Made by a program: the position numbers and the translations under genes. Positions 8,806 through 19,046 of a DNA stretch of 32,000 nucleotides are shown here, piece by piece. Source of the DNA: Tundrisphaera lichenicola (GTDB lineage Bacteria; Planctomycetota; Planctomycetia; Isosphaerales; Isosphaeraceae); contig NZ_CP195106.1 of NCBI RefSeq assembly GCF_051175385.1, forward strand, positions 1,658,562 to 1,690,561, in the 5' to 3' direction. The stretch's first letter is position 1. Every line of letters begins with the position of its first letter. The notes beneath the pieces are model-generated. The model had not been told where the DNA came from and ran no database searches. It worked only from the letters and a program-made list of their open reading frames with translations.

Positions 8806-11800
8806 TCAATCCTTCTCGACCCGACAGACAAAAACCTTGGCCTCGTGGATCGTCACGTTGGGATCGCCCACCAGCGCGGCCAAATCATTCACCACGTCGC
8901 CGGTCACGACCCCCTTGTATCCCCAGTGCCAGGGCATCCCGACGTGGTGGATCGGCTTTCCACCGATCAGGAATGGCCGAATCCGGCGAGTGACCAGGGT
9001 CTTGGCCCGGATCGCCGCCCGGGGAGTGATGACCTTCACCCAGTCGAGGTTGGTCACCTTCAGTTCCTCGGCGTGCTCGGGACTGATCTCGACGAAGAGC
9101 TCGGGCTGGAGCGCCGCGAGCCAGGGTAGCCAGCGGCTCATCGAGCCGCTCAGGTGGTGCTCGGTCAATCGATAGGTCGATAGAACTGCCGGGTATTCAC
9201 CCGAACCGGGAGGGGCATAAGGATTTCCCGGGACACTGAAGACCTTGGCCACCGGGTTGCTGGATTGTCCGGGATAGACCAGATTGGCTACCGGCGACTC
9301 GTACGGTTCGTAGTGGGTCGGCAAAGGGCCGTCGACCGTGCCTGAGGGGGCGAAAAGCCATCCTTTTCCGTCGGACTTCATGATGAAGGGCGAGGCTCCA
9401 TCATGGAAATCGAGGCCCTTACCGTCGGGCTGGCGGGGCGTCGTCGGGCCCTTATGCGCCGGAAAATCGGGGATGTCAAGCCCGACCCATCGACCTCGGA
9501 TCTGCTGGTCCGGGTGGCTGGGATCGGGACCTTGCCAGTCCTCGTCCCAGTAGACGTACCCTCTCTCACCCTTCCCGTGGGCCTTGGCGAGTCGGGCCTC
9601 CTTGGGCCATGCGTTACCGAGAGGATCGGCCGAGGCTCGGTTGTACAGAATCCGACGATTGGCGGGCCAGGCGAACCCCCATCCGAGGGCGACCCAGTCG
9701 TCCCCTGCTCGGTTGGCGGCGAAGTTATGGCCCATCGGCTCCTGAGCCGTCGGGGCATACACGCCGGTGTAAATCCATGCCCCGCATGCGGTCGAACCAT
9801 CGGCCTTCAGGTCGCCGAAACTTTTTAAGGGTCGTCCATCGGCCACCGTTGTCCCGTTGATCTCACGAAGCACCCGTCGCGCCGAGGGCTCGTCCTTGAT
9901 TCGCCACTCCGCGTTTTCCTCGGGATCGATGTAGTCCCAGGTCAGGGCCTGGATCGGCCGATCGCGTTCGAGTGTGCTCTCGGCATAGAGCTTCTTGATC
10001 CGGAGGCCGAGATGGACCGTGAACCAGAGGTCGGAACGGGCGTCGACGGGCGGGTCGCAGGCCCGGTCGTGCCACTGGAGAAGACGCTGGGTGTTGGTGT
10101 AGGTACCGTCCATCTCGGCCGTCGCGGCGGCGGGGAGGACGAAGATCTCGGTGGCGATCGACTCCGGTTTTAGTTCACCGGAGTGGACCTCGGGGCTGTC
10201 TTTCCAGAAAGTCGCGGTTTCTGTCTCGTAGAGATCCTTGACCACCATCCAGTCGAGCTTGGCCAGGGCCTTCCGCTGATAGCCGGCATTCTGTCCGCCG
10301 ACGGCGGGGTTCTGCCCCATCGCCATGAACCCCTTGATCTTTCCCTCCGCCATCGCGATGAACATCGGCATGTGCGAGTGGTCGCCGACGATCCTGGGGA
10401 GCCAGTCATAACCCCAATCATTATCCTTGGTCGCGGCCTCTCCATACCAGGCCTTGAGTAGGCTGACGATGAAGTTGGGCAGGTTCGCCCAATAGGAAGT
10501 GGGCGATATCTCCGTTTTGATGTAATCCGCCAGCGATTCGTGGGACTTCAAAGCGCTCGGGATGTTCAGATATCCGGGCAGGAGATTATAGAGCGTGGGG
10601 ATATCGGTCGAGCCCTGGATCGACGCATGCCCCCGGAGCGCCAGGATTCCCCCACCAGGTCGGCCGATGTTACCCAAGAGGAGTTGGACGATCGTCGAGG
10701 CACGAATCATCTGGACGCCCGTGGTGTGCTGGGTCCAGCCGACCGCATAGCATATGACCGAAGTTCGATCTGGCCCAGAAGCCTCGGTGAGCGTCTCCGC
10801 GACTTTCAGGAATGCCTCGATGGGAGTTCCGCAAACGTCCGCGACCATTTCGGGCGTATAGCGGGCGTAGTGACGCCGGAGAATTTGGAAGACGCATCGC
10901 GGATCCTGGAGCGTCGGGTCGGTCCGAGGTGGACTGTTTACCTGGCCGGTTCGGACGCTGAAGGATTGAGTGTCGTCGTTCGCGGGCTTGGGCCGATTCG
11001 AGGGAAACTTCTCCTCGTTTGGCTGGTCGTAGCTCCAGGAGGTTGAATCGTATTGTCGATGTTCCGCATCGAAGCCGGAAAAGAGGCCGTCGAGGTCCTC
11101 GGTATCCTGGTACTTCTCGTTAATCAAGGTCGCTGCGTTGGTGTATTGGACGACGTATTCCTTGAAGTATTTTTCCTCTTCGAGGATGTACCGGATCATG
11201 CCACCCAGGAACACGATGTCGGTCCCCGCCCGGAGCGGCGCGTGGATGTCGGCCATGGCGGAGGTCCGCGTGAATCGGGGGTCTGCGTGGATCAGCTTGG
11301 CCCCATTCATCTTCGCTTGCATGACGAAGCGGAAGCTGACCGGGTGGCACTCGGCCATGTTCGATCCCATGATCAAGACGGCGTCGGCAAATCGGACGTC
11401 CATCTGGTTGGTCGTGGCGCCGCCTCGACCGAGCGAAGTGCCCAGACCGGGCACAGTCGAGCTATGTCAGATTCGGGCCTGATTTTCGAGCCAAATTAGC
11501 CCGAGGGCTCGCCAGAGTTTTAGCTGGACGTAATTCCACTCATTGTCCATCGTCGCTCCGCCGAGCGAAGCAATCGTCGAGCAGTGGTTGACCTTCTTGT
11601 CAACCAGCTTGCCATCCCGATCCGGCCCTTGCCACCGTTCCTGAAACGTGGCGTCGCGGGTCTTCTTCATCAGTTCCGCGATCCGATCCATGGCCCAATC
11701 GAGAGGTTTCTCGGTCCATTCCGTCGCATACGGAGCCCGGTATTTGACCCTGGTCATCCGGTTCGGGTTGACCGCGAGTTGAAAGGTGGCCGACCCCTTT

Positions 11801-12066
11801 GGGCAGAGCGTCCCCCGGCTGATCGGACTATCGGGGTTCCCTTCGATGTTGACGATCTGACCTTCGCGGACGCTGACGATCTGGCCACAGCCGACGGCGC
11901 AATAAGGACAAATGCTGGCGAACTCGCGAGCCCCCTTGAGCTTGGACTTCATTAGCCCCGCAGCGGCCCTCGCCGGCTGTAGGTCGAGTCCAAGCCCCGC
12001 CAGGGAACCGAGGGTCATCCCCGTCCCGCGGAAGAACTGACGGCGGTTAGTTGTGCTCGCATTCAT
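8806..12066 (-). CDS. fdnG: Formate dehydrogenase catalytic (alpha) subunit, FdnG/FdoG type, Tat-exported, selenocysteine-containing (TGA 11467..11469 recoded)
   Basis: ORFs 11467..12159 and 8806..11454 are in the same frame and separated only by TGA plus 4 sense codons. The joined sequence reads ENQARI-U-HSSTVPGLGTSLGRGGATTNQ, the Sec-His active-site context of FdnG-type enzymes. It has a twin-arginine motif NRRQFFRG and an N-terminal 4Fe-4S motif CPYCAVGC. ATG 12066 is preferred as the start; ATG 12159 is possible. Confidence 0.9.
11424..11461 (-). promoter_or_regulatory. SECIS element of the formate dehydrogenase gene
   Basis: The mRNA after the UGA is CAUAGCUCGACUGUGCCCGGUCUGGGCACUUCGCUCGGUCGAG. 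The upper stem is GUGCCC/GGGCAC with apical loop GGUCU. The lower stem is CUCGAC/GUCGAG. Counting U of UGA as 1, the loop G23-U24 fall at the same positions as in the E. coli fdhF SECIS. Confidence 0.85.
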
Positions 12067-12365
12067 GAGTTCATGCCCCGTCGCTCGCAGAAATGGCCCA
12101 ATCTTGCTACGGACCTCCGGATGATTATCCAGCACGGGTGATACTGCTGCCAGATCCATCTGATACGGGCCGACCGCCGGCCAACTAGATCCCCAAAGAA
12201 TCGCCGGGCAGGTTCAAAAACCTGCTTGTTATGGGATCCGACTTCCACAGTGCCCGAGACCTCGTTACAATCCTCTGTTCATTACGAGTCGGCCGAGCGA
12301 AGGACCACCGTGAGTGGTGGCGGTTACTTACTACCGCGAGCCGAGCAGGGGCTCCGAGGATTTCG

Positions 12366-13403
12366 ATGATCATCGTTCTGAAGCCGAATTCGACCCCGGA
12401 TGTCATCGGGCATGTGCTCCAACGAATCGAGGAGCTGGGCTTCACCCCCCACCTGAGCCAGGGGGTTGCACGGACGATCATCGGTGTCATCGGTGATGAG
12501 GACCGGCTCCAGGCCGAACCGCTCCGGGCGATCGAAGGGGTCGAGCAAGTGATGCCGATCCTCAAACCGTTCAAGTTGGCTAGCCGCGAATTCCATACCG
12601 AGGATTCGGTCTTCGATATCAAAGGTGTACGGATCGGTGGGGGTCATCTGATGATGATCGCCGGTCCATGCGCCATCGAGAGCGAGGAGCGTCTCGTCGA
12701 GATCGCCGAGAAGGTCAAGGACGCCGGTGCCAACGTCCTGAGGGGCGGTGCCTTCAAGCCGAGGACCAGCCCCTATAGCTTCCAGGGCATGGGCGAGGAA
12801 GGCTTGAAGGTCCTCAAGTCCACCGGGGAACGGTTCGGGATGCCGGTCGTGACCGAGGTCATGGATCCTCGGCAGGTGGACCTGGTGGTCCGCTATGCCG
12901 ATATCATTCAGATCGGCGCCCGGAACATGCAGAACTTCGACCTCCTCAAGGAAGTCGGCCGGACGCGGACCCCGGTCCTCCTCAAGCGAGGGATGTCGGC
13001 GACGGTCAAGGATCTCCTGATGTCGGCCGAGTACGTTTTGGCTCAGGGTAACAAAAAGGTGATCCTTTGTGAGCGAGGGGTCCGGAGCTTCGAGGATTCG
13101 ACGCGCAACATGCTCGATCTATCGATCGTCCCCAACGCCAAGGGGCAGAGCCATCTGCCGATCATCGTCGATCCGAGCCACGCGACCGGCCGGCCCGACC
13201 TCATCCCGGCCATGGCCCGAGCCAGCGTGGCCGCCGGGGCCGATGGGGTTCATATCGAAGTGCATTCCTGCCCCGAGAAAGCCCTGTCCGACGGTCCCCA
13301 GGCCCTGCTCCCGGCCCAGTATGCCAAGCTGATGGACGAACTCCGGCAACTGGCCGAGGTCCTGGGCAAGACGATCGACGCCTCCGAAGGAGTTTCCGTC
13401 TGA
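12366..13403 (+). CDS. aroF: 3-deoxy-7-phosphoheptulonate (DAHP) synthase, type I-beta with N-terminal ferredoxin-like regulatory domain
   Basis: Starts at ATG 12366 (MIIVLKPN...) with GAGGA upstream. Motifs [26 protein letters not shown] and IVDPSHATG match KDO8P/DAHP synthase I-beta. The 45 upstream codons in ORF 12231 are unlikely to be coding. The stop overlaps the tpiA start in the overlap TGATG (TGA 13401..13403, ATG 13403..13405). Confidence 0.9.
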   Translation: MIIVLKPNSTPDVIGHVLQRIEELGFTPHLSQGVARTIIGVIGDEDRLQAEPLRAIEGVEQVMPILKPFKLASREFHTEDSVFDIKGVRIGGGHLMMIAGPCAIESEERLVEIAEKVKDAGANVLRGGAFKPRTSPYSFQGMGEEGLKVLKSTGERFGMPVVTEVMDPRQVDLVVRYADIIQIGARNMQNFDLLKEVGRTRTPVLLKRGMSATVKDLLMSAEYVLAQGNKKVILCERGVRSFEDSTRNMLDLSIVPNAKGQSHLPIIVDPSHATGRPDLIPAMARASVAAGADGVHIEVHSCPEKALSDGPQALLPAQYAKLMDELRQLAEVLGKTIDASEGVSV

Positions 13404-14185
13404 TGCGGACCCTGTTCATCGCGGGCAACTGGAAGATGAATCCGGCAACCTCCGAGGCCGCCCTGGCTTTGGCCGAAGCGGTCAAGGCGGGAGTCGGGCA
13501 GTCGGTCGAGGTCCGGGTCGCGATCTGTCCCCCGAGCATCTACCTCCAACGGATCGATCCAGTCCTGGCCGGCTCGCCGATCGGGCTCGGCGCTCAGAAT
13601 ATGCACGCCAAGGCCGACGGGGCTTTTACCGGCGAGATCTCGGGCGCGATGCTCGTCGATGCCGGTTGCACCCACGTCATCCTGGGACATAGCGAGCGTC
13701 GGCACGGCGAAGGGGAAACCGACGATGCGGTCAATGGCAAGCTCAAGGCCGCCCTCGCCGCCCAGTTGATCCCGATCGTATGCATTGGCGAGACCCGGCT
13801 CGAACGCGAGTCCGATCTGACCGAAGACGTGGTCGCCCGACAACTCGAACATTCCCTGGCCGGGTTGACCCCGGAGCAGATGGGGGGAGTGGTCCTGGCC
13901 TACGAGCCGGTCTGGGCGATCGGGACGGGCCTGACCGCCACGCCCCACCAGGCCCAGGCGGTCCACGCCTTCATCCGTCGCCAGCTCGAATCGAAGTTCG
14001 GCGAGGCGACCGCGAGCCGGGTCGTTGTCCAGTATGGTGGTAGCGTCAAGCCTGAGAACGCCGCAGAACTGCTCGCTTGTCCCGATATCGATGGTGCCCT
14101 CGTCGGCGGTGCCAGCCTGAAGCCGGCCGACTTCCTCGGTATCATCCACGCCGGGCGGGATGTGGCCGCAAAGGGCAAGGGCTGA
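13403..14185 (+). CDS. tpiA: Triosephosphate isomerase
   Basis: 260-aa ORF with the motifs [27 protein letters not shown] and YGGSVKP. Confidence 0.95.
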   Translation: MRTLFIAGNWKMNPATSEAALALAEAVKAGVGQSVEVRVAICPPSIYLQRIDPVLAGSPIGLGAQNMHAKADGAFTGEISGAMLVDAGCTHVILGHSERRHGEGETDDAVNGKLKAALAAQLIPIVCIGETRLERESDLTEDVVARQLEHSLAGLTPEQMGGVVLAYEPVWAIGTGLTATPHQAQAVHAFIRRQLESKFGEATASRVVVQYGGSVKPENAAELLACPDIDGALVGGASLKPADFLGIIHAGRDVAAKGKG

Positions 14186-14218
14186 CCGGAACTCTGAATC
14201 CCCTGACTCCAGATTCTT

Positions 14219-14285
14219 GATTTCAGATTTCAGATCGTCGGACGCCGCGACCGGGTCTGGAATCTGAAATGGGAGATCTGAAATC
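14219..14285. repeat. Composite inverted repeat built from ATTTCAGA / TCTGAAAT units in the tpiA-secG spacer
   Basis: ATTTCAGATTTCAGA lies at 14220..14234. It faces TCTGAAAT at 14263..14270 and at 14277..14284. The outer 10 bp (14219..14228 with 14276..14285) and inner 8 bp (14228..14235 with 14262..14269) can pair around a GC-rich loop. Confidence 0.6.
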
Positions 14286-14305
14286 GTGACACAAGGACCC
14301 CGACC

Positions 14306-14764
14306 GTGCAGTTCCTCAACGTCCTGCTACAACTCGTGCTGGCGTTCACGTCCGTCTTCCTGATCTGCCTGGTTCTGATCCAGCGCGGCAAGGGGGGTGG
14401 CCTGGCCGGCGCCTTCGGCGGGGCCGGGGGTTCGAGTGCCTTCGGGACCAAGGCCGGCGACATCTTCACCCGAGTCACCATGATCGTCGCGGGAGTCTGG
14501 ATTTCGATCGCGATGCTCCTGGTGGTTCTCTCGAATCGCCGGACTTCTGCCTACGGCGATGCCCCCGCAGCGAAGTCGACCTTCACGCCCAGTCCGTCTG
14601 CGGATGGTAAATCGAAGCTGCCCATCGAGAGCCTGGACAAGAGCCTGGGATTGCCCCCTACCACCGACAGCTCCAAGGTCGATCCACCGGGCCAGGTTTC
14701 TGGCACATCGCCCATCGCGCCCAACACGCCGCTCAAACCTATCACCCCCCCGTCGAAGCCCTGA
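14306..14764 (+). CDS. secG: Preprotein translocase subunit SecG with long Pro/Ser/Thr-rich C-terminal tail
   Basis: GTG start. It has a TM helix, the glycine-rich loop QRGKGGGLAGAFGGAGGSSAFG typical of SecG, and a second TM helix. It shows conserved tpiA-secG synteny. It runs about 75 residues beyond the second TM helix. Confidence 0.85.
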   Translation: MQFLNVLLQLVLAFTSVFLICLVLIQRGKGGGLAGAFGGAGGSSAFGTKAGDIFTRVTMIVAGVWISIAMLLVVLSNRRTSAYGDAPAAKSTFTPSPSADGKSKLPIESLDKSLGLPPTTDSSKVDPPGQVSGTSPIAPNTPLKPITPPSKP

Positions 14765-14785
14765 TCGACCAAGAGGCGACGCGCC

Positions 14786-15685
14786 GTGCTTTTGAGCATG
14801 ACCGGTTTTGGCGAAGCTCGGCTCCAGGATGAGCGGTGGTCGGTGAGCGTCGAAGTTCGGGCGGTGAACAATCGCCACCTCAAGCTCAACGCCAAACTCA
14901 GCGACCCCTACGGCGCCCTGGAGCCCGATCTGGAACGGCTGGTCCGGGAGACCCTCCGTCGGGGCACCGTACAGCTCTCGATTCGGGTCGAGCGACCCAA
15001 GCGGGCCGAAGACTACCGGCTCAACCGGGTCGCCCTGGCAAGCTATCGGGCCCAGTTGCTGGAGATCCTCGACTCTACCGGAAGCCCATCCGAGGTTTCG
15101 AGCCCGAGTCTGGACCTGACCGCACTCCTCTCACTCCCCGGGATCGTCGAGGAGCGTCGCACCGCGACCGAAGATCCTCACGAGGATTGGCCCGTCCTAT
15201 CCGCCATCGTCACCGAAGCCCTGGGTAAACTCCAGCAGGCTCGGGCCGAGGAAGGCCGGGCCATGGCCGAGGAACTCCTTCGCCTCGGTCGTGAGCTATC
15301 CGGTAATCTGGAGAAGGTCGCCGGTCGAGGGCCGGAAGTTGTTTCGTCCTTCCAAAAACGATTGACCGAACGGGTCCAGTCCCTCCTGGCCGGTCAAGGA
15401 GTTTCGGTCGAGCCGAAAGACCTCATCCGCGAGGTTTCCATCTTCGCCGAGCGGGCCGACATCGCCGAGGAAGTCATCCGGCTTCGAGCCCACCTGAAGC
15501 AGTACGCCGAGGTGATCGGAGAGCCCGAGAGTTCGGGGCGGAAACTGGAATTTGTCGTCCAGGAGATGGGCCGGGAGACCAACACGATCGGCTCCAAGGC
15601 CAATGACGTCGAAATTAGTCGGTTGGTGGTCGATATGAAGGGTCTCCTGGAAAAGATCCGCGAGTTGATCCAGAACGTGGAGTGA
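14786..15685 (+). CDS. yicC: YicC-family protein (stress-induced, DUF1732-containing)
   Basis: 299-aa ORF from GTG 14786. It has the N-terminal SMTGFG signature and the C-terminal motifs GRKLEFVVQEMGRETNTIGSKAN and LIQNVE typical of the YicC family. It sits upstream of gmk, as in many bacteria. Confidence 0.85.
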   Translation: MLLSMTGFGEARLQDERWSVSVEVRAVNNRHLKLNAKLSDPYGALEPDLERLVRETLRRGTVQLSIRVERPKRAEDYRLNRVALASYRAQLLEILDSTGSPSEVSSPSLDLTALLSLPGIVEERRTATEDPHEDWPVLSAIVTEALGKLQQARAEEGRAMAEELLRLGRELSGNLEKVAGRGPEVVSSFQKRLTERVQSLLAGQGVSVEPKDLIREVSIFAERADIAEEVIRLRAHLKQYAEVIGEPESSGRKLEFVVQEMGRETNTIGSKANDVEISRLVVDMKGLLEKIRELIQNVE

Positions 15686-15692
15686 ACAGAAC

Positions 15693-16304
15693 TTGGAGCC
15701 CGAGGTTTCGCCGACCCTGATCGATCGATGGAAGGACCTTCCCGGGAAGCTGATCGTCCTGTCGGGGGCGTCCGGCTCGGGCAAGAGTACGCTTGTAGAG
15801 CGTCTCCTGAAGAGAGAAGGGCTCCGACTCAAGGTCTCGGTATCGGCCACGACCCGATCGCCTCGTCCCGGCGAGTTGAACGAAGTCAGTTACTATTTCC
15901 TGACGCGGGACGAGTTTGAGCTCGGGCGCGACCGGGGGGAATTCCTGGAATGGGCCGAGGTCCATGGTCATCTCTATGGAACCCCGACCGGACCGGTCCT
16001 GGCCTCGTTGATCGACGGGATTTGCGTCATCTTGGTGATCGACGTTCAGGGGGCAATGCTGGTCCGTCGGCAGGTGCCCGATTCGGTACTGATCTTCGTC
16101 CATGCCCCCAGCCCCGATCAACTGGAGGCCCGCCTCCGTGCTCGGGGGACTGACGATGATGCCACCATCGCGCGTCGGCTGGAAAATTCCCGGAACGAGA
16201 TCGCCCAGGCCAACTATTACGACTACCAAATTACCAACGACGACCTGGAACGGGCCGTCGAACAACTCGCCGCCATCTTGACCCGGATCCATTGCGGAGG
16301 CTGA
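15693..16304 (+). CDS. gmk: Guanylate kinase
   Basis: P-loop LSGASGSGKST, plus the motifs SATTRSPRPGE and YYFL. TTG 15693 is the only plausible in-frame start, with GGAG 10 nt upstream. Confidence 0.9.
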   Translation: MEPEVSPTLIDRWKDLPGKLIVLSGASGSGKSTLVERLLKREGLRLKVSVSATTRSPRPGELNEVSYYFLTRDEFELGRDRGEFLEWAEVHGHLYGTPTGPVLASLIDGICVILVIDVQGAMLVRRQVPDSVLIFVHAPSPDQLEARLRARGTDDDATIARRLENSRNEIAQANYYDYQITNDDLERAVEQLAAILTRIHCGG

Positions 16305-16310
16305 TTTCTG

Positions 16311-16577
16311 ATGCTCGAAGAATTGAAGGAAGAGCACATCGTCAACAAGGTCGGCGGCCGGTTCAAGCTTTCCACGCTGATCCAGAAGCGGATGATCGCG
16401 CTGAACCAGGGCTCCCGACCTTTGGTCGACGCCCGAGGGCTCGACAAGATGTCGATCGTGATCCAGGAGATCATGCAAGATAAGATCTTCCTCGACATGT
16501 CGGGCAACTTGCACCTCCTCGAGGCGACTGAAGAGGAAGAAGGCGGGACGGTCGACCTGACCCAACCGTCGGAATAA
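16311..16577 (+). CDS. rpoZ: DNA-directed RNA polymerase subunit omega
   Basis: 88-aa ORF directly after gmk, a conserved pairing. The N-terminal region [20 protein letters not shown] is consistent with omega. Confidence 0.75.
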   Translation: MLEELKEEHIVNKVGGRFKLSTLIQKRMIALNQGSRPLVDARGLDKMSIVIQEIMQDKIFLDMSGNLHLLEATEEEEGGTVDLTQPSE

Positions 16578-16739
16578 CCACGACCGGCACCTGCTCGGGC
16601 CGGGATCACCCGGGATCGTGCAAGTCGAACCGCCGCCTCGGTCGATCCAACAGGGTCGAGCCGGTGCCGGCGGGGGATCGTCGGTTGTCGAGGTGCGTCG
16701 TCCAAGGCGCCCGGCTCGCCCGGTTCGCCGAGGATTCCG

Positions 16740-19001
16740 ATGTTCGATCGCCGACGATGGGCCGGCCATTGCCGGGCCGCAGCCCTCCTGTTTGCCGTCG
16801 TATTCCTGACCTTCAGCCTGGTTGGTTACGATCCGGCCGACTCTCCGGGCCAAGCCGCCGAACCCGCCAACGACCCGCCGGCCAATCCTTGCGGACCAGC
16901 GGGGGCGGTCCTGGCGCACGTCCTGTTCGCCTCGGTCGGTTGGGCATCGTATCTGGTCCTCTACGGCCTTGCGGTCGCGGATCTCATGGCCTTCCGGCGT
17001 CGTAAGGTGGCCGATCCCGCCCTCCGCCTCGCCGGACTGGCGGCCATGGTCCTGGTCGCTTCGGCCTTAGTTCAGAAATTTCAACCGGATCGCCAGCCCT
17101 CTCCGGCCGTGGGCAGTGGAGGGTATGTCGGGGCCGCCGCGGCCGCCTTCCTCGAAGGCCAGTTTGGCCTGGCGGGAATGCTCCTCATCCTGGTCGCCCT
17201 CGGTCTGATCGGCCTGATCTTGAGTCAGGAAGTCCTGATCGCCTGGCCGATTCGCGAGGCCTGGTCCTTGATCCGACCCCGGGGACATGGCGTCGCTTCG
17301 ACGCAGGGCTACGCAGGTTCTCCCGGATCGGCCCTGATGATTGCCGAATCTCCCGGGTTCGATGTTCCTCCTCCCCGGCTCGTGCCCCCGGTTCATCGGG
17401 CCATCCCGCCGCGTGCTCCGTCCTCGCTCGGTCTCACCTCGGCTGCTCCCCCCAAGGTGAGTGTCCCGGCCCCGATGCCCATGGGTGTGCCAGCGATTCC
17501 GTTGGATGGACAATTCGCCCTGCCACCCTTCGAGTTGCTCGAACAGTCGAACTCGGCGCCGGTCCAGGAACATCAGGCCAAGGTTCACGCTCGAGCGCTC
17601 CTGCTGGAGAAGACGCTCCTCGAATTCGGATGCCAGGTCCGGGTGGTCCAGATTGATACCGGTCCGGTGATCACCCAGTTTGAGATCGAACTCGAAGCCG
17701 GTCTTCGCGTGGCCAAGATCAACAGCGTGGCCAACGACCTGGCCATTGCCCTTGCGGTCCAGAGCGTCCGGATCGTCTCGCCGATCCCGAACAAGACCAC
17801 CGTCGGGATCGAGGTTCCCAACGAGCGTCGGACGATGGTCCGGCTCAGCGAGGTGATTCAGGGCGTTGGTTCGCACCTGGGCAAGTTCCGGATACCCCTA
17901 TTCCTGGGCAAGGATGTGAAGGGGAACCCGCTGGCCTTCGACCTGGCCGACATGCCACACCTTCTGATAGCCGGCCGGACCGGTACCGGCAAGTCGGTCT
18001 GCCTGAACGCGATGATCCTTTCGATCTTGATGACCCGGACCCCCGACGAGGTCAAGCTGATCCTGATCGATCCGAAGATCGTCGAGTTGACGCAGTTCCG
18101 GCGGATCCCGCACCTGATGAACCCGGTCGTCACCGACATGAAGAAGGCCGAGGCACTCCTGGCCTGGGCCTGCGACAAGATGGACGAACGGTATGGGTAT
18201 CTGGCGCGAGCCGGGGTCCGGAATATCGCCTCCTATAACCAGCTCGGCGAGGAGGAACTTTATAATCGGGTTCGTCCCGAGGACGACGAGGAGTGGCAGC
18301 GTCTGCCCAAGTCGATGCATTCGATCGTGATCATCATCGACGAAATGGGCGACCTGGTCGCGCAGGTGGGCAAGGAAGTCGAGACCCAGATAGTCCGGCT
18401 CGCCCAGAAGGCTCGGGCCGCGGGCATCCACTTGATCCTCGCAACTCAGAAGCCGACGGTCGATGTCATCACCGGCCTCATCAAGAGTAACCTTCCTGCT
18501 CGGATCGCCTTCCAGGTGACCAACCGCAACGACTCGCGGGTCGTCCTGGACGAGATGGGGGCGGAAAAGCTCCTGAGCCACGGTGATATGCTGTTTCTCG
18601 TGCCCGGGACTTCCCACCTGGTCCGGGCCCAGGGGACCTATGCCTCGGACCAGGATGTCAATCAGGTTTGCGAGTACCTGGCCCAGTTCCCCCAGCACTT
18701 CAGCCGAGAGCTAACCCAGCTCCAGGTCGGAGGTCCCGGCAAGGATCGATCGTCGCTCAAGGAGAGGGACGAGCTTTACGAGACCGCCATCGACGTGATT
18801 ATCCGGGAAGGTCGGGGGTCGACTTCGCTCCTCCAGCGAGCCCTGGGGATCGGCTATGGCCGGGCAGCACGGCTCATCGATTACATGTGCGAGGATGGGA
18901 TCGTCAGCGAGCACAAGAGCGGTTCGGCCCGAGATGTCCTGTACACTCTGGAGGAGTGGGAGGCCCTCAAGAGTGGCGATGCACAAGGGGAAGCGGCCTG
19001 A
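16740..19001 (+). CDS. ftsK: DNA translocase FtsK/SpoIIIE
   Basis: 753 aa. It has N-terminal TM helices and a Pro-rich linker. The motor domain has Walker A GRTGTGKS and Walker B IIIDEMGDL. The C-terminal gamma winged-helix region reads LLQRALGIGYGRAARLID. Confidence 0.95.
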   Translation: MFDRRRWAGHCRAAALLFAVVFLTFSLVGYDPADSPGQAAEPANDPPANPCGPAGAVLAHVLFASVGWASYLVLYGLAVADLMAFRRRKVADPALRLAGLAAMVLVASALVQKFQPDRQPSPAVGSGGYVGAAAAAFLEGQFGLAGMLLILVALGLIGLILSQEVLIAWPIREAWSLIRPRGHGVASTQGYAGSPGSALMIAESPGFDVPPPRLVPPVHRAIPPRAPSSLGLTSAAPPKVSVPAPMPMGVPAIPLDGQFALPPFELLEQSNSAPVQEHQAKVHARALLLEKTLLEFGCQVRVVQIDTGPVITQFEIELEAGLRVAKINSVANDLAIALAVQSVRIVSPIPNKTTVGIEVPNERRTMVRLSEVIQGVGSHLGKFRIPLFLGKDVKGNPLAFDLADMPHLLIAGRTGTGKSVCLNAMILSILMTRTPDEVKLILIDPKIVELTQFRRIPHLMNPVVTDMKKAEALLAWACDKMDERYGYLARAGVRNIASYNQLGEEELYNRVRPEDDEEWQRLPKSMHSIVIIIDEMGDLVAQVGKEVETQIVRLAQKARAAGIHLILATQKPTVDVITGLIKSNLPARIAFQVTNRNDSRVVLDEMGAEKLLSHGDMLFLVPGTSHLVRAQGTYASDQDVNQVCEYLAQFPQHFSRELTQLQVGGPGKDRSSLKERDELYETAIDVIIREGRGSTSLLQRALGIGYGRAARLIDYMCEDGIVSEHKSGSARDVLYTLEEWEALKSGDAQGEAA

Positions 19002-19046
19002 CCTTCGGACGGTTAGTCAACGATCGAAAGCACTTCACGGACGATC

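Noticed and set aside
8393-8809. 138-aa minus-strand ORF directly downstream of the formate dehydrogenase gene, considered as a possible FdnH-like beta subunit.
   Set aside because: It has only three Cys residues and no CxxCxxCxxxC ferredoxin motif. It overlaps the more plausible plus-strand ORF 8243..8632 and contains the post-fdh stem-loop.
12067-12365. Looked for a molybdenum-cofactor riboswitch or other structured leader upstream of the formate dehydrogenase gene and of aroF.
   Set aside because: I could not recognise the conserved Moco-motif helices by eye, only short generic hairpins. A covariance-model scan would be needed, so no claim is made.
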